The notes: generated by a model not told the origin, from the sequence alone. A stretch of 64,000 bases of DNA from an uncultured Ruminococcus sp. (GCA_905234015.1 CAJOFK010000001.1:2887-66886); one strand, 5' to 3'. Numbered from the stretch's first letter, positions 51,079 through 61,451 are shown. A program made the numbers and translations.

Positions 51079-53310
51079 ATGGATAATATTGATATTAAAA
51101 AGAACTTCTCACATATGAATAATATGCAGCAGAAAGCTGTGTTCTGTACTGAGGGACCGCTTCTGATACTTGCGGGAGCAGGTTCGGGAAAGACGACTGT
51201 TCTCGTTAACAGGATAGCCTATATCCTACAGAGCGGACTGTGTATGCCGTGGCAGATACTCGCTATCACCTTCACCAATAAAGCTGCGGGCGAGCTTAAG
51301 GAGCGTATTTGCAAAGCCGTTCCCGAGGGCGGCGACGATATCTGGGCTGCAACCTTCCACTCAACCTGCGCGCGCATCTTAAGGCGTTACGGCGATAGAA
51401 TCGGCTACTCGAGCCACTTCACGGTTTACGATACCGCCGACCAGAAGAGCCTTATCAAAAAAGCTATGAAGGAGCTTAATATCGACGAAAAGCGCCTGCC
51501 CGTTAAAAGCGTTATCGCCGAGATTTCTAAGGCAAAGGATAAAATGCATACGCCCGAATATATGCTGAAAAAAACCGACGGCGATTTCCGTAAGGAACAG
51601 ATTGCGAAAATCTATCAGCTCTATCAGGCGGAGCTTAAAAACAGCGACGCTATGGATTTTGACGATATGCTTTGCAATACCGTAAAGCTCTTTGAGGAAA
51701 ATCCCGATATCCTCGGTTTTTATCAGAATCAGTTCAAATACATTATGGTTGACGAGTATCAGGATACGAATAAGGTTCAGTATAAGTTCGTTTCAATGCT
51801 TGCCGAGAAAAGTCAGAACCTTTGCGTAGTAGGCGACGACGACCAGAGTATTTATAAATTCCGCGGTGCTACTATCGAAAATATTCTTTCTTTCGAGAAC
51901 CAGTTTAAGAACGCTAAGGTTATCCGACTCGAGCAGAATTACCGAAGCACAAAAACTATCCTCAACGCCGCTAACAAGGTTATAGAAAATAATACCGCCC
52001 GTAAGGGCAAAACCCTGTGGACGGAAAACGATAAGGGAGATAAAATCCACGTTCATACGGCGCTGTCGGAGAGGGAAGAGGCTTCGTATATTGCCCAACA
52101 GGTGCTCGAGGGAGTCGCAAGGGGACGAAAATTCTCCGACTTCGCGGTTTTATACCGTATGAACGCTCAGTCAAATGCAATAGAAACAGCCTTTGCCCGC
52201 AGCGGCATACCGCACCGTATTATCGGCGGCCACCGTTTCTATGACCGCGAGGAAATCAAGGATATGACGGCGTATTTGCGCGTTATTGATAACCCTAACG
52301 ATAATATCCGTCTTAACCGTATAATTAACGTGCCGAAGCGCGGTATCGGCAAAACAACTATGGACAGAGCCGGTGAAATCGCGGCAGTGAACGGAATAAG
52401 CGTTTACGACGTGATTAAGAGCACCGAGGATTATCCCGAGCTCAGCCGCGCGGTTAAAAAGTTCAAGGAGTTCGTTGAGCTTGTAGAGGGCTTAAGAGAG
52501 GCTGAGAAGAGCGGCGATTATTCTTTAGCAGAATTATATGAGCTCGTGCTCGAGCATACCGATTATAAAAACTATCTCAAAACCGAGAAAGAAAACGCCG
52601 ACGTCCGTATCGAAAATATCGAGGAGTTAAAATCCAATATCATAAAGTTTGAGGAGGAGTACGGCGACGAGGCTTCGCTCTCAAACTTCCTTGAGGAAAT
52701 TTCCCTGCAAACCGATATTGATAACTACGATGCCGACGCCGATACAACCGTTATGATGACGCTTCACAGCGCAAAGGGACTTGAATTCCCCGTTGTATTT
52801 ATCGCAGGTATGGAGGAAGGTGTTTTCCCCGGAATGGCGATTTATTCAAATCCCGACGAGCTTAACGAGGAACGCCGCCTTGCGTATGTCGGAATTACGA
52901 GAGCTAAAGAGGAGCTCTACCTCACGAAAACAAAAAGCAGGATGCTGTTCGGTTCAACAACCCACAACGCGCCCTCACGGTTTGTGAACGAAATCCCCGA
53001 CGAGTTTATAAAGACGACGGGCGAGAGGGGCTTTTCATCGTTTTCGCCGTCAACATCCTCCGGGAGAATATCAATTCCCGATAAGCCTTCCTATAACCTT
53101 AACCCGAGTCTTACTCCCGCTTTTAAAAAGCCCGCCTCAAATTCAGGCGTAAAATATAACGTCGGCGACAGGGTGCTCCATAAGGTGTTCGGTAAGGGAA
53201 TGATTGTAAAGGCTGAGAAAATGGGCAGCGATACAATGCTCGAAATTTCCTTTGAAACTAAAGGCACTAAAACGCTTATGGCGAATTTCAGTAAAATGGA
53301 AAAAATATAA
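51079..53310 (+). CDS. pcrA: ATP-dependent DNA helicase PcrA/UvrD
   Basis: LAGAGSGKT, VDEYQD, VGDDDQSIY, EERRLAYVGITRA, C-terminal H.VFG.G domain. Confidence 0.96.
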   Translation: MDNIDIKKNFSHMNNMQQKAVFCTEGPLLILAGAGSGKTTVLVNRIAYILQSGLCMPWQILAITFTNKAAGELKERICKAVPEGGDDIWAATFHSTCARILRRYGDRIGYSSHFTVYDTADQKSLIKKAMKELNIDEKRLPVKSVIAEISKAKDKMHTPEYMLKKTDGDFRKEQIAKIYQLYQAELKNSDAMDFDDMLCNTVKLFEENPDILGFYQNQFKYIMVDEYQDTNKVQYKFVSMLAEKSQNLCVVGDDDQSIYKFRGATIENILSFENQFKNAKVIRLEQNYRSTKTILNAANKVIENNTARKGKTLWTENDKGDKIHVHTALSEREEASYIAQQVLEGVARGRKFSDFAVLYRMNAQSNAIETAFARSGIPHRIIGGHRFYDREEIKDMTAYLRVIDNPNDNIRLNRIINVPKRGIGKTTMDRAGEIAAVNGISVYDVIKSTEDYPELSRAVKKFKEFVELVEGLREAEKSGDYSLAELYELVLEHTDYKNYLKTEKENADVRIENIEELKSNIIKFEEEYGDEASLSNFLEEISLQTDIDNYDADADTTVMMTLHSAKGLEFPVVFIAGMEEGVFPGMAIYSNPDELNEERRLAYVGITRAKEELYLTKTKSRMLFGSTTHNAPSRFVNEIPDEFIKTTGERGFSSFSPSTSSGRISIPDKPSYNLNPSLTPAFKKPASNSGVKYNVGDRVLHKVFGKGMIVKAEKMGSDTMLEISFETKGTKTLMANFSKMEKI

Positions 53311-53475
53311 GAAAACCTTAAACGTAAATACGGCGAGCGTAAAGCTGTCGTATTGCACAAAATTTCGTTATAAAATTTGTATAATAATCACTATGTAAGT
53401 AATAGTGACAAAGCCGGAAAAGTATTATATAATATACATAAGTTTATGGTCTTTTGACCGAAAGGAGTTTTATTA

Positions 53476-54810
53476 ATGGGATTAATTAAAGCAGGTTTAG
53501 GTGCTTTAGGCGGTACCTTAGCCGATCAATGGAAAGAATTTTTTTACTGCGACAGCATTGAAAAGGATGTACTCGTAGTAAAAGGTCAGAAGAGAACCTC
53601 CGGACGTTCTTCAAATACAAAGGGAAGCGACAATATTATCTCAAACGGTTCCGTTATCGCGGTTGCCGACGGTCAGTGTATGATTATCGTTGAGCAGGGA
53701 AAAATCGTTGAGGTTTGCGCAGAGCCCGGTGAGTTTACATACGACACATCTACAGAGCCCAGCATTTTCGCGGGTAAGCTCGGTAAGAGCATTGTTGATA
53801 CATTTAAGACAATAGGCAAGCGTTTTACCTTCGGCGGAGATACAGGCAAGGATCAGAGAGTTTATTACTTCAATACCAAGGAAATCGTTGAGAATAAATT
53901 CGGTACCCCGAATCCTGTTCCGTTCAGAGTAGTTGACAGCAAGATCGGTTTTGATATCGACCTCGATATCCGCTGCAGCGGCGTTTACTCCTATAAGATT
54001 ACAAACCCGCTTCTTTTCTATACCAACGTATGCGGTAATGTTTCCGAGCCGTATAAGCGCACTGAGATTGATACTCAGCTTAAGACCGAGTTTATCCACG
54101 CTCTTACACCCGGCTTCGCTAAGATGAGCGATATGGAGCTTCGTCCGAATCAGATCGGCGCTCACGTTGACGATCTCGCGGACGCTATGAACGAAGCTCT
54201 TACCGCTAAGTGGTCCGATTTAAGAGGACTCAGTATTGTTTCTATCGCGCTTAATCCGATCGTACTTACCGAGGAAGACGCAGCTATGCTTAAGGAAGCT
54301 CAGCGTTCCGGTATGCTTCGTGATCCGGGTATGGCCGGAGCTACACTCGTAGGTGCTCAGGCTGAAGCTATGAAGGCAGCGGCTGCTAACGAGGGCGGCG
54401 CTATGAACGGCTTTATCGGAATGGGTATGGCTATGAACGCCGGCGGCGGAATGAACGCTCAGGGCTTCTATAATATGCAGCAGCAGAATCAGGCTCAGCA
54501 GGCTCAGCAGCAGGCAGCTCCTCAGCAGCCGGCAGCAGGCGGCTGGAGATGCCCGAAGTGCGGAGCTCAGGTAAGCGGTAAGTTCTGTCCCGAATGCGGA
54601 GCTAAAAAGCCCGAGGAGCAGAACGGCTGGACCTGCAAGTGCGGCGCGGTAAATAAAGGAAAGTTCTGTCAGGAATGCGGCTCTCCGAAGCCTGCGGGAG
54701 CTCCTCTCTATAAGTGCGATAAGTGCGGCTGGGAGCCTAAGGATCCTCATAATCCTCCCAAGTTCTGCCCCGAGTGCGGAGATCCCTTCGACGATAACGA
54801 TATAGTATAA
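53476..54810 (+). CDS. SPFH-domain (YdjI-like) protein with C-terminal zinc ribbons
   Basis: IISNGS.I.V..GQ, VYYFN.KE...KFGT..P; GMGM stretch; three KFCxECG ribbon pairs. Confidence 0.82.
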   Translation: MGLIKAGLGALGGTLADQWKEFFYCDSIEKDVLVVKGQKRTSGRSSNTKGSDNIISNGSVIAVADGQCMIIVEQGKIVEVCAEPGEFTYDTSTEPSIFAGKLGKSIVDTFKTIGKRFTFGGDTGKDQRVYYFNTKEIVENKFGTPNPVPFRVVDSKIGFDIDLDIRCSGVYSYKITNPLLFYTNVCGNVSEPYKRTEIDTQLKTEFIHALTPGFAKMSDMELRPNQIGAHVDDLADAMNEALTAKWSDLRGLSIVSIALNPIVLTEEDAAMLKEAQRSGMLRDPGMAGATLVGAQAEAMKAAAANEGGAMNGFIGMGMAMNAGGGMNAQGFYNMQQQNQAQQAQQQAAPQQPAAGGWRCPKCGAQVSGKFCPECGAKKPEEQNGWTCKCGAVNKGKFCQECGSPKPAGAPLYKCDKCGWEPKDPHNPPKFCPECGDPFDDNDIV

Positions 54811-54902
54811 TTATATGCTTAAGGTAACAGGCGGTATTATTCCGCCTGTTACCGTGCTGTTTATTTGTCCGTTTTTTCGGACAGAAAGGTTTAGATAGTT
54901 AA

Positions 54903-55991
54903 ATGGCTGAAATATTTGAGTATAAATGTCCGTGCTGCGGAGGAGCCGTCAGTTTCGATTCCTCCGTTCAGAAAATGAAATGCCCCTACTGCGACAGCGA
55001 GTTCGACGTTCAGGCGTTTCTTAAAAAGGACGAAAGATTAAACGAGCAGGCTCCCGACGAGTTTAAGTGGGAGGAAAAGGCAGGCCGGGAATGGGATAAC
55101 GGCGAAGAAGAAAAAATGTGCGTATTCGTCTGCAAATCCTGCGCCGGAGAAATTGTAGGCGATGAAAACACCGCCGCGACTTCCTGCCCGTACTGCGGAA
55201 ACCCCGTAGTTTTAAGCGGACGCTTATCGGGAACCTTAAAGCCCGATTATGTTATTCCGTTCAAACACGATAAAGAGGCTGCGAAGGCTAAGCTTAAGGA
55301 ATATGTAAGCTCGAGAAAGTTCGCGCCTAAAACCTTTAAGACCGAAAATAAGCTTGAGGAAATTAAGGGCTTATACGTTCCGTTCTGGCTTTTTGATTCC
55401 GATACCGACGCGGCGGTTGATTTTGAGGCTACTACCGTTCACACCTGGTCGGACTCGAACTATAACTACACCGAAACCAGCTTTTTCGACGTATTCCGTG
55501 AGGGCTCGATGAAGTTTGTTAACATTCCGTGCGACGGTTCCTCAAAAATGCCCGACGACCTTATGGAGTCTATTGAGCCGTTTGATTTCTCGGAGGCTGT
55601 TGATTTCCAGACCGCGTATCTCGCCGGCTATCTCGCCGATAAATACGACGTTACTATGGAGGACAGCATTGACCGCGCGAATAACCGCGTTAAGGTCAGC
55701 GCCGAGGAAGTCCTTAAGGGTACTATCGACTATCCCTACGCCTCAATTATCCCGAAAAACAGCTCCGTTCAGATTAAAAACGGTAAGGCTAAATACGCGC
55801 TTTATCCGGTGTGGATTTTAAATACCGATTATAAGGGCGAAAAATACACCTTTGCTATGAACGGCCAGTCGGGTAAATTTATCGGAAACCTTCCTATAGA
55901 CGGAAAAAAGGTCGCCGCCTTATTCGCGGGACTTACTGTAGGTGTAGGCGTAATCGTCTATATCGTCGGAACGCTTTTAGGGTTCTTTTAA
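54903..55991 (+). CDS. Zinc-ribbon membrane-anchored protein (YdjG-like)
   Basis: CPCC/CPYC and CKSC/CPYC ribbons, VIPF, YVPFW, NGQSGK..G, C-terminal TM. Confidence 0.75.
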   Translation: MAEIFEYKCPCCGGAVSFDSSVQKMKCPYCDSEFDVQAFLKKDERLNEQAPDEFKWEEKAGREWDNGEEEKMCVFVCKSCAGEIVGDENTAATSCPYCGNPVVLSGRLSGTLKPDYVIPFKHDKEAAKAKLKEYVSSRKFAPKTFKTENKLEEIKGLYVPFWLFDSDTDAAVDFEATTVHTWSDSNYNYTETSFFDVFREGSMKFVNIPCDGSSKMPDDLMESIEPFDFSEAVDFQTAYLAGYLADKYDVTMEDSIDRANNRVKVSAEEVLKGTIDYPYASIIPKNSSVQIKNGKAKYALYPVWILNTDYKGEKYTFAMNGQSGKFIGNLPIDGKKVAALFAGLTVGVGVIVYIVGTLLGFF

Positions 55992-56003
55992 GGGGGTGTC
56001 GAT

Positions 56004-56786
56004 ATGAAAAAAGTATTATCAATATTATTTATTGCGGTTATTCTTTCGGCGCTTATTATTACTCCGGTTTCTGCTGAGAATGAACTCATAATCGATAACG
56101 CAAATATCCTTTCCTCGAGTGAAATTCAGGATTTATCCGATAAGCTCGAAGCCCTCGGCGATAAGTATGATATGGATTTCGTAATCCTTACTATAAGAAC
56201 TCTCGCAGGTAAACAGGATTACGAATACGCTGACGATTATTACGATGATAACGGTTATGCCGACGACGGCTCGCTGCTTCTCGTAAGCGTTGATGACCGT
56301 AGGGGTTATATCAGCACTAAAGGCTACGGTATCACCGCATTTACCGATTACGGAATCGGTTATATTTCCTCGGAAATTAAGGGCGAAATTAAAAACGGAA
56401 ATTACTACAAAGCGTTTGATAAGTATATCAGCCTTTGCGACGAGTTCGTAAGCGAAGCGAAAAACGGCAAGGCGTACGATACAAATCACGAGAAAAAAGG
56501 TTTTACCGATATCCTTTTCGGAGTCGGCGTATCTCTTTTCATCGGACTTATAGTCGCGATACTTGCGGCTTTAGGTGTAAAGAAAAAGTATAAGCCGGTT
56601 ATGCTTAAGGCTGAGGCTAACGACTATCTCGTTAATAACAGCTTAGTTGTTAAAAATGCTTACGACAACTTCCTCTATACTCACGTTACGCGTGTAAGAA
56701 GAAAGGACGACAGCAATTCGGGCGGAAGCTCAACTCATACCTCGTCCTCAGGCTCAACTCACGGCGGCGGAGGTTTCAGTTGGTAG
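56004..56786 (+). CDS. TPM-domain membrane protein (YdjH-like)
   Basis: Signal peptide, D.ANILS, YADDYYD...DG.LLL, TM, Ser/Gly tail STHTSSSG.THGGGG. Confidence 0.82.
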   Translation: MKKVLSILFIAVILSALIITPVSAENELIIDNANILSSSEIQDLSDKLEALGDKYDMDFVILTIRTLAGKQDYEYADDYYDDNGYADDGSLLLVSVDDRRGYISTKGYGITAFTDYGIGYISSEIKGEIKNGNYYKAFDKYISLCDEFVSEAKNGKAYDTNHEKKGFTDILFGVGVSLFIGLIVAILAALGVKKKYKPVMLKAEANDYLVNNSLVVKNAYDNFLYTHVTRVRRKDDSNSGGSSTHTSSSGSTHGGGGFSW

Positions 56787-56933
56787 CGTTGCGACCGCTG
56801 CCTGCGGCAGATTAAGGGAGCAAAAGCGCTTTCCAAAATAAGGAGTGTCGCGAGCCCGCTCTTAGGGCGAGGGAGACGAGTATATTTTGGACGGGGGTGG
56901 AACCCGTTGCGACCGCTGCCTGCGGCAGATTAA
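56783..56933. repeat. Family-2 repeat copy B plus a partial tandem copy (56905-56933)
   Basis: 80% identity to 11546-11655; cgttgcgaccgctgcctgcggcagattaa repeated exactly downstream. Confidence 0.85.
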
Positions 56934-56976
56934 TTGAACAGTTTAACTAACATAATATATTTAACAACATAACAAC

Positions 56977-57005
56977 AAGGCGTGCCACTTAAAGTGACAC
57001 GCCTT
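56977..57005. terminator. Hairpin between convergent genes
   Basis: aaggcgtgccactt-a-aagtgacacgcctt. Confidence 0.6.
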
Positions 57006-57020
57006 TAAACGTCCTTTTTA

Positions 57021-57947
57021 TTATTCAGTTACCTTCGAGAATTTATAACCCGATAAAATAAGCTGATTTTTCTTTTCGCCCTTAGCGTAGGGGATATACA
57101 TCTTCGACTTTTCTTCGCCGATATAAACGACTGTAATCTGCTTTTTGTTTGAGTCAACGGTATATGTACCTGTTGTTGTGATACGGTCGTTGTTGCTTAA
57201 GTGGCAGGTTCCGTCATCCTTGAAATCGTAAATAAGGTTGTAGTCCTTATTCTTCCATTTTCCGGTTACGTTTTTATCAGCCTTGAACTTAGCGCTTACC
57301 TTAAGGTCGGGTTCAACCTTGGACGCGCTCTTGAAGTCGATTGAGCTCTGATTGCTCGTTAAGGTGAATACCCTGCCCGAGAACGCGTTTCCCTTAAGCT
57401 CGAACTCAAAGGTTCCCTTGATAATCGGGAGAATTTCGATATCGATTTTATCAGTCTTTTCGTCGGCTGACGAGGAGCTTGTATCGGTGTAGTTCCAGGT
57501 ACCGAAAATCTCGATTGTACCGAGTTTTATTGAAGCGGTTCCGTCGTCGTTGAAGGTGTAGTATCTTATGTTTTCTTCAGCCTTCGTTTTTGACGCTTCA
57601 TCCGAGGTGGAAGCTGACTCGTCGATAACCCATGTTCCGACAACGCTGTTGTTGAAGAATAAAAAGTAAACGCCTGCCGCTATAAGCGCCGCGATAAGTA
57701 CGCACGCAGCTATGATAATCGGTTTCTGAACCTTAACCTTTTTACCGTTATCATCCATCGGAATCTCCGGGATAGTATCGGGAGTATCAATCTCCGTGTC
57801 TTCTGAATATCCGTTTGCTTCCTCAACTACCGGATCGGTGCTTTCAGCGCTTTCGGTATTCTCAGCGCTTACGGCGCTTTCTGAAGTTTCGGTGGTTTCG
57901 GGAGCGGATTCATTTTCATTTAATTCGATTTTTTCAAAATCTTCCAT
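57021..57947 (-). CDS. Single-pass membrane protein with acidic N-terminal tail and two repeated beta-rich domains
   Basis: E/S/T-rich N-terminus, one TM, two VxGxW...YxFxDDGT units. Confidence 0.75.
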   Translation of the reverse strand: MEDFEKIELNENESAPETTETSESAVSAENTESAESTDPVVEEANGYSEDTEIDTPDTIPEIPMDDNGKKVKVQKPIIIAACVLIAALIAAGVYFLFFNNSVVGTWVIDESASTSDEASKTKAEENIRYYTFNDDGTASIKLGTIEIFGTWNYTDTSSSSADEKTDKIDIEILPIIKGTFEFELKGNAFSGRVFTLTSNQSSIDFKSASKVEPDLKVSAKFKADKNVTGKWKNKDYNLIYDFKDDGTCHLSNNDRITTTGTYTVDSNKKQITVVYIGEEKSKMYIPYAKGEKKNQLILSGYKFSKVTE

Positions 57948-58162
57948 ATAATACCTCCTTGGTTTTATCCTGTTTATAATACTATATTTTATTTAAAAAA
58001 TCAAGAAATCTGTCTAAATTGTAAAATTCATAAAAAATTATTATTATTTTTTTCTAAACCGATTGAAATAATTGCTGTTTTATGGTATAGTAAACTCACC
58101 GAAATGTTTGCTTTTTTATTAGTTGACATTATCGGAATCTGATTTGAAAAATTGTTATTTTT

Positions 58163-58238
58163 CGTTTCCCGTTTATCTTACCGGCCCGCGGTAAGGGCAT
58201 AGGGGAAACGGTTTAACCTGCGGGCGGAAAGGCTATGG
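58163..58238 (+). promoter_or_regulatory. Candidate cis-regulatory leader motif, copy 2 (before pgm)
   Basis: Same two boxes as 11681-11746; lies downstream of TTGAAA-N17-TATAGT (58063-58091). Confidence 0.6.
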
Positions 58239-58245
58239 TTTTTTT

Positions 58246-59964
58246 ATGGAAATTAAGGATGCTTATAAATTATGGCTCGAAAAGGCTTTAGAGGATAAAG
58301 ACTTAATCGAGGAATTAAAGGAAATAGAAGGTAATGAAAAAGAGATATACGAGCGCTTTTATAAGAGCCTCGAGTTCGGTACCGCGGGACTCAGAGGTGT
58401 AATCGGCGCCGGCTCAAACAGAATGAATATTTATGTAGTTCGTCAGGCTACTCAGGGACTTGCGAACTATGTGCTTAAAAAGTACGGCAAGGGCGCGGTT
58501 GCTATCTCGCATGACTGCCGTATCAAGGCTGATTTATTTATGAACGAGGCGGCTAAGGTTCTCGCCGCCAACGGTATTAAGGTTTATATAACTTCTGAGC
58601 TTCAGCCTACTCCCGTGCTTTCGTACCTCGTAAGATACTTTAAGTGTCAGGCAGGTATTATGGTTACAGCAAGCCACAACCCCGCTAAATATAACGGCTA
58701 TAAGGCTTACGGCGAGGACGGCTGTCAGATGACCGACGTTGCTGCCGGTGAGGTTTACGACGAAATCTGCAAGCTCGATATGTTTGACGACGTTAAGACT
58801 ATGGACTTAAACGAGGCTCTTGAAAAGGGAATCGTTGAGTATGTAGGCGACGAGGTTTATGACAGCTATCTCGAGGAGGTTAAAAAGCAGCAGGTTAACC
58901 CCGGTATCTGCAAGGAGGTTGACTTAAAGGTTGTTTATACTCCCTTAAACGGCTGCGGTAATAAGCTCGTAAGACGTATTCTTAAGGATATAGGAGTTAA
59001 AGAGGTCAGCATAGTTAAGGAGCAGGAGCTCCCCGACGGTAATTTCACAACCTGCCCCAGCCCTAACCCCGAGAATAAGGACGCGCTTCAGAAGGCGCTC
59101 GAGCTCAGCGAAACAGTTAAGCCCGACCTCGTTTTAGGCACAGACCCCGACGCTGACCGCGTTGGTATCGCCGTTAAGGATTATGACGGAAGCTACCGCC
59201 TTATCACAGGTAACGAGGACGGAATCATGCTTACCGAGTTTATCCTCTCGAACCGTAAGGCTAACGGAACTCTCCCCGAGAAGCCCGTTGTAGTTAAGAC
59301 GATTGTTTCAACAAAGCTCGTTGAAAAGCTGTGCGAAAAGTACGGTGTTGAGCTTAAGAATGTTCTTACCGGCTTTAAGTATATCGGTGAAGTTATTCTC
59401 GGACTTGAGAAGAAGGGTGAGGAAAACCGCTTTATGCTCGGATTTGAGGAGAGCTACGGTTACTTATCCGGAACATATGTAAGAGATAAGGACGCTGTTG
59501 TCGCTTCAATGCTTATCTGCGAAATGGCGGCAACCTTTAAAAAGCAGGGCAAAACTCTTGCTCAGGTTATCGACGGACTTTATGAGGAGTACGGTTATTA
59601 TATGAATAAGACCTTATCCTACGAGTTCGAGGGAGCCGAGGGTATGCAGAAGATGGCTGATATGCTTACAGCTCTGCGCGATAATGCTCCCGATGAGTTT
59701 GCAGGCTATAAGGTTGTTAAAACCGCCGACTATAAGCTCAGCGTTGAGAAGGATTTAATTACCGGAGAGGAAAAGACTATCGACCTTCCGAAGTCCAACG
59801 TTCTCCAGTATAACCTCGAAAAGGAAAATATGGTAATCGTTCGTCCCAGCGGTACCGAGCCTAAGATTAAGCTCTATCTTACTTCCGTAGGCGACAGCAA
59901 GGAGAATGCCGCTGAGATTACTGATAATCTTAAGGCTTCACTTGAAAAGGTTTTGGGACTGTAA
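58246..59964 (+). CDS. pgm: Phosphoglucomutase/phosphomannomutase
   Basis: FGTAGLRG, TASHNP, DPDADR, FEESYG, RPSGTEPK. Confidence 0.92.
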   Translation: MEIKDAYKLWLEKALEDKDLIEELKEIEGNEKEIYERFYKSLEFGTAGLRGVIGAGSNRMNIYVVRQATQGLANYVLKKYGKGAVAISHDCRIKADLFMNEAAKVLAANGIKVYITSELQPTPVLSYLVRYFKCQAGIMVTASHNPAKYNGYKAYGEDGCQMTDVAAGEVYDEICKLDMFDDVKTMDLNEALEKGIVEYVGDEVYDSYLEEVKKQQVNPGICKEVDLKVVYTPLNGCGNKLVRRILKDIGVKEVSIVKEQELPDGNFTTCPSPNPENKDALQKALELSETVKPDLVLGTDPDADRVGIAVKDYDGSYRLITGNEDGIMLTEFILSNRKANGTLPEKPVVVKTIVSTKLVEKLCEKYGVELKNVLTGFKYIGEVILGLEKKGEENRFMLGFEESYGYLSGTYVRDKDAVVASMLICEMAATFKKQGKTLAQVIDGLYEEYGYYMNKTLSYEFEGAEGMQKMADMLTALRDNAPDEFAGYKVVKTADYKLSVEKDLITGEEKTIDLPKSNVLQYNLEKENMVIVRPSGTEPKIKLYLTSVGDSKENAAEITDNLKASLEKVLGL

Positions 59965-60005
59965 ATTAATATGAAAAACGGCGCGGCTTTTATGCCGCGC
60001 CATTG

Positions 60006-60097
60006 TTTTTTACTTTATAAGAAACTGCGTTCCTTATAAAGTAAAAAGCATTTTATATTGACCGCTTAGTTGCGCCCTGCGTGCGCACAAGCGATGG
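60006..60097. repeat. Family-1 repeat, copy 2
   Basis: 87/92 identical to 2261-2352; follows hairpin ggcgcggc...gccgcgcc (59980-60001). Confidence 0.9.
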
Positions 60098-60153
60098 CTG
60101 AAGAAAACGCACGCACCTTGGTGCGCACGCTTTCCTGTCACTCATAACTTGCA

Positions 60154-61437
60154 TCATTCCAGCCTGCTTAACAGTACCAAATCGCAATTGCTGATTTTGT
60201 TATCCCGGTTTATATCACCGGCGAGGCGGTTGATTCCGCTAAGCGTTTCCTTGCCTAAAAGATGGTTGAACATCGCTCTTTCATCGCGTGAGTTGACGTT
60301 GCCCTCGCCGGTCACGTCGCCGATAACGATAAACGTGTAAGTCTTTGAAACGCCGTTACTGCTTATCGTCACCTCATTCGAGGTTCTGATATATCCGGTG
60401 CGCCTGTTCTTGAATACTATATCGTAATTTCTGCCGGCAAGGCTTTCTTTGAAATCGGCGATTGTCGTCTTAACGTCAACAAATATATAACCTTTTCTCA
60501 CGCGGTAGTTACCGGGTGTAATACCGTCCGCGCCTTTTTCAGCGGCGGGTTCTGCTTTCGGTTTAAGATTTGCTTCGTTTATCTGCTCGCAAAGGTAATT
60601 ACCGCCCGAGCGTAATACAGCGCATACGCTGTTTTTGTATGAGCAGATTGCCTGAATCTGCGTATCAAAATCCAATGTGTTAATTTTCGTACCGGCTTTA
60701 TTATAAACCGATAGACTGCTCTCGCCGGCTGTGACGAAATAATTATCGGTCGCGGCGACTTTATAAAAGCCCTCGGTATTAAAATCAGCCTTTTTACTCA
60801 TATTGCCGGCATTGTAAACTGTTCCGTTGATATCGGCTATATAATTGCCGTTAATACCGTAAAGCGGATATTCGGCGGAGGTATCAAAGGTCTTAACCTT
60901 ATCGCCGTAAAGCTTATAAAGATGCTTGCTCCTGTAAGCGGCAGCAAAGTCCGGATACTGAATCAGCGCGTCGGATTTCTCCCTGAGTTCGTTAATCTGC
61001 CTGCCCGATTTGTTGAATACCTGAATATAAGCCGAGCTGTTTTTAATATAAATATTGCCATTGTTATCGACCGCAATCGCAGACGACGAGCTGATTATAA
61101 TATTTTGCAGAGTAAGAGATTTTTTGAGCTTTCCGCTTGAAGCCGTAAAAATATCCGCGCATTTATCCCGTGAGTGATTATACACGAGAAAATACGCGGT
61201 TTTATTTAATACACAGCAGTCTACTGCCTGATTATCAAAGGAAAATGAGTAAGAGCGGTTTTCGGGCGCAAGCTCAATAACAGCAGCGTTCTTACCGCTG
61301 CAGTTAGTTAAATAAACGCCGTTTTTACCGCTGAAAATCTTATACTTAAAGACGCCCGAGCTTCCCGGAATAACCGAAAGCTGAAATACCGCCGCGATTA
61401 TCAGCAATATTGTAATCCCCTTAATAACCCTTTTCAT
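60154..61437 (-). CDS. Secreted beta-rich protein with C-terminal dockerin
   Basis: Signal peptide MKRVIKG..., duplicated Ca-binding loops GDVTGEGNVNSRD and GDINRDNKISNCD. Confidence 0.8.
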   Translation of the reverse strand: MKRVIKGITILLIIAAVFQLSVIPGSSGVFKYKIFSGKNGVYLTNCSGKNAAVIELAPENRSYSFSFDNQAVDCCVLNKTAYFLVYNHSRDKCADIFTASSGKLKKSLTLQNIIISSSSAIAVDNNGNIYIKNSSAYIQVFNKSGRQINELREKSDALIQYPDFAAAYRSKHLYKLYGDKVKTFDTSAEYPLYGINGNYIADINGTVYNAGNMSKKADFNTEGFYKVAATDNYFVTAGESSLSVYNKAGTKINTLDFDTQIQAICSYKNSVCAVLRSGGNYLCEQINEANLKPKAEPAAEKGADGITPGNYRVRKGYIFVDVKTTIADFKESLAGRNYDIVFKNRRTGYIRTSNEVTISSNGVSKTYTFIVIGDVTGEGNVNSRDERAMFNHLLGKETLSGINRLAGDINRDNKISNCDLVLLSRLE

Positions 61438-61451
61438 TTTCTTTATTGTGC

